Part shown: piece after piece, positions 61,545-64,000 of the stretch
Numbering within the stretch: position 1 is the first letter of the stretch
Layout: every line of letters begins with the position of its first letter
Made by a program: the position numbers and the translations under genes
Assembly (NCBI GenBank): GCA_951406725.2
Contig: OX597834.1
Span: forward strand, 38,998,001 to 39,062,000
Direction of reading: 5' to 3'
DNA length: 64,000 nt
Source: Octopus vulgaris
Taxonomy: Eukaryota
The notes under the pieces: generated by a model
Database searches by the model: none
Told to the model about the DNA's origin: nothing
The model's input: only the letters and a program-made list of their open reading frames with translations

Positions 61545-62130
61545 CCACCATTATAGAAAATAGTCTGAAATCCATCTTTATAGAGTATATTCTGTTAAAA
61601 TCCATCACTGTAGAGCATATTTTCTGAAAAAATAGTGACTATAAAACAAATTTCGTTAAAATCAACATCTATAGAATACTAGCAGTATCGCCCGGCGTTG
61701 CTCGGGTTTGTAAGGGAAATAACTATAAAGCATTTTTAGAGAGTTATAGGGTGAGGGTACAACCTAACAGACACACAGAAACACACACAGACAAACTGCC
61801 GTTTATATATAGAGAGATTTTCTGGTAAAATCTACTACTATAGACTATACTGCATTAAAATACACCTATTTAAAGTATATTCAGTTAAAATTAACCACTA
61901 GGGAGTATACACACCTCTATAAAGTATGGTCTATTAAAATACACCTTTATAGAGAACAGAGGATATTTGTTAAAATCTACTTCTATAGAGAACATTTTAT
62001 GAAAACCCATGTATATTGAAGGTAGTCCATTGAAACCAAACATTATTGAGTATATTACATTGAAATTCACCTCTATACAGTATATTCTGTTAAAATCTAC
62101 CACTACAGAGAATATTCTATTAAAATCCAA
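61545..62130. repeat. Degenerate 30-bp minisatellite (AAAATCCATCTTTATAGAGTATATTCTGTT-like)
   Basis: AAATCCATC at 61568 and 61598; the period continues to about 62130, interrupted by a Helitron. Confidence 0.88.
61679..61817 (-). mobile_element. Non-autonomous Helitron, internally deleted copy
   Basis: Same termini as 23449-23821; hairpin CCCGAGCAACGCCGGG plus CTAG; A|T insertion site. Confidence 0.88.
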
Positions 62131-62874
62131 TATTTTATTAACGTCTAGCCAAGCGTTATTTAAAAGCACGGTTTGACAATGGTGTTGATAAATAGAGTGG
62201 GTTTGACAATAATAATTGTGATGTCTATTTGGGGGCGTCATATTTGATGTCACGGTTTGACAGTTAAGAAATATACGTATTTATAATTGTGTTTAAAGAT
62301 ACATATAGAGAGATATGTATCATATATATTCGCTCGTAAATAGTTTTATACATACGTATATTTGTATCTATTTATGCATATGTAAAGTGTTTTAAATGTA
62401 CGCAAATGCTTGAATCGTAAACGTATATTCATGTTCATTAGTTTGTAGTAATTTATGCATATCATTAGGTAAATATACTTAATTAGACATCAAATATATG
62501 TATGTATGAGTGTGTGTGTTTATACACACTCGTATCATTTTTAACTGTGTAAAGATACGGAATAAAGAAGTGTAGAGTTATTTTAATCTAAGAAGGAAGT
62601 CAGACATTTTTGAAAAAAGCCTTTTCTTGTTGCTGTGCTGGTGGCGGCGGCGGCGGTCGTGGGAATATAAGAACATCTTTGAGGATGTATAACCTAACGT
62701 AGATGCAACTTTAGACTGGAATCGAAACCACAACATTAATTATCTCACATTGTTACTTCTGGTCTTTGTATATAAGATGATTAATTTCAAAGTCACATGT
62801 GTGGCTCTTACTCGCGCTCTGTCTGTGTGTCCCCCGCTCACTCTCTCTTTCTCTCTCCCTTTCTCTCTATCTCT

Positions 62875-62920
<46 letters not shown>

Positions 62921-63137
62921 TTATGTATATATATGTGAATATGTTGTACATTACACAATTCTAAACTGAAGGAAACACGACTGTCCGCTTGTCTATCTAT
63001 TTATCTACCGAGCTAGCTCACTATATATAGACGCACTCACACACAAACACACATATACACATGCTCATATGTATATACATATACTCACATACATACATAC
63101 ATACATACATACATACATACATACATACATACATACA

Positions 63138-63172
<35 letters not shown>

Positions 63173-63496
63173 GTATATATATAAAATAGTTTGAATTGTC
63201 CCAGGCAGGGTTTGAACTCAGAGCATTAAGGTCTAAAATAAACAGATGCCGCAACTTTAATCATTCCACAATTTTTTCATGTCAGAATAGAAAAAAAAAG
63301 TGAGTGGCATCTATTGCTTGTATTAATCAAAAATATATCAGCTGAGTTAGTTTAAAGATATTTGATGCAAATGGCTTCGAAGATATCGAACAGCAACAAT
63401 TACGTTGCTAGAAGACAAACAGAAAGACCGACAGACACAGAGTATTTAAGGTGGTATTGACATGTTTAACGCTGTAACATTAAGCACGGGAGACAA

Positions 63497-63537
63497 CTCT
63501 GGACATGCTTCTGTCTTACTGTGACCTCATCAGTTCA
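63497..63537 (-). ncRNA. Degenerate minimal hammerhead motif
   Basis: Minus strand CUGAUGA-GGUC-ACAGUAA-GACA-GAAG-CAUG-UC; two substitutions from the canonical GACC-GAAACAUGUC; stem I not intact. Confidence 0.45.
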
Positions 63538-63851
63538 ATATAAATTTGAACGTAACTGGCAACGTAATATTCGAAGAATCATCCAGGACTTGTACAATAA
63601 TGTAAAATTGGTCGACAGAAGAATCCGTGATTCTTTCTGACCGTAAATCTTCATTGTTTTCTTTGGAAATGTATTTTATTTCCGTTAACGTATCGTGAAC
63701 TGAAGCTTTAGACAGTTTCTTTTTTGTTTTCAACAAAATGTGATCACGGTTTTAGTAGATACACGAATGTATCGGTAGGTGTCAGGTCGCTTGTTTACAA
63801 AGTCATCATTTACCATCTCTTCTAACATTACAACAACAACAACAACAACAG

Positions 63852-63924
<73 letters not shown>

Positions 63925-64000
63925 CACCACCACCACCACTGATAATGCCTTCATCGCTGCCATTACTAACATAAGGAAATGGGGGGAGTAGCAAGAGCGA

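Noticed and set aside
61891-62253. ORF with 10-aa periodicity (VDFNRIFSIE)
   Set aside because: A by-product of the 30-bp minisatellite; other units contain stops and a Helitron insertion

Overview
AT-rich, microsatellite-saturated eukaryotic non-coding DNA. It is very probably intronic or intergenic DNA of a coleoid cephalopod (Octopus-like); this is an inference from the SINE families and the density of (AT)n, (AC)n, (ATAC)n, (ATAG)n and triplet tracts. Almost all ORFs in the supplied track are translations of simple repeats. Supported content: more than 12 copies of a tRNA-headed CORE-type SINE, several Meta-domain-like SINEs, an old dispersed repeat family, RTE and CR1/L2-type LINE remnants, two Helitron copies, a Helentron-associated element, hAT and piggyBac-type MITEs, a 30-bp minisatellite, and one candidate first coding exon (6324-6371). 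The most notable signal is a set of Penelope-type minimal hammerhead ribozyme motifs in different architectures: a tandem pair, a divergent inverted pair with a long stem II, and a tRNA-Ile-headed SINE-like unit ending in a hammerhead and flanked by a 13-bp target-site duplication. An 8-bp-period array holding 11 AP-1 sites is also present.
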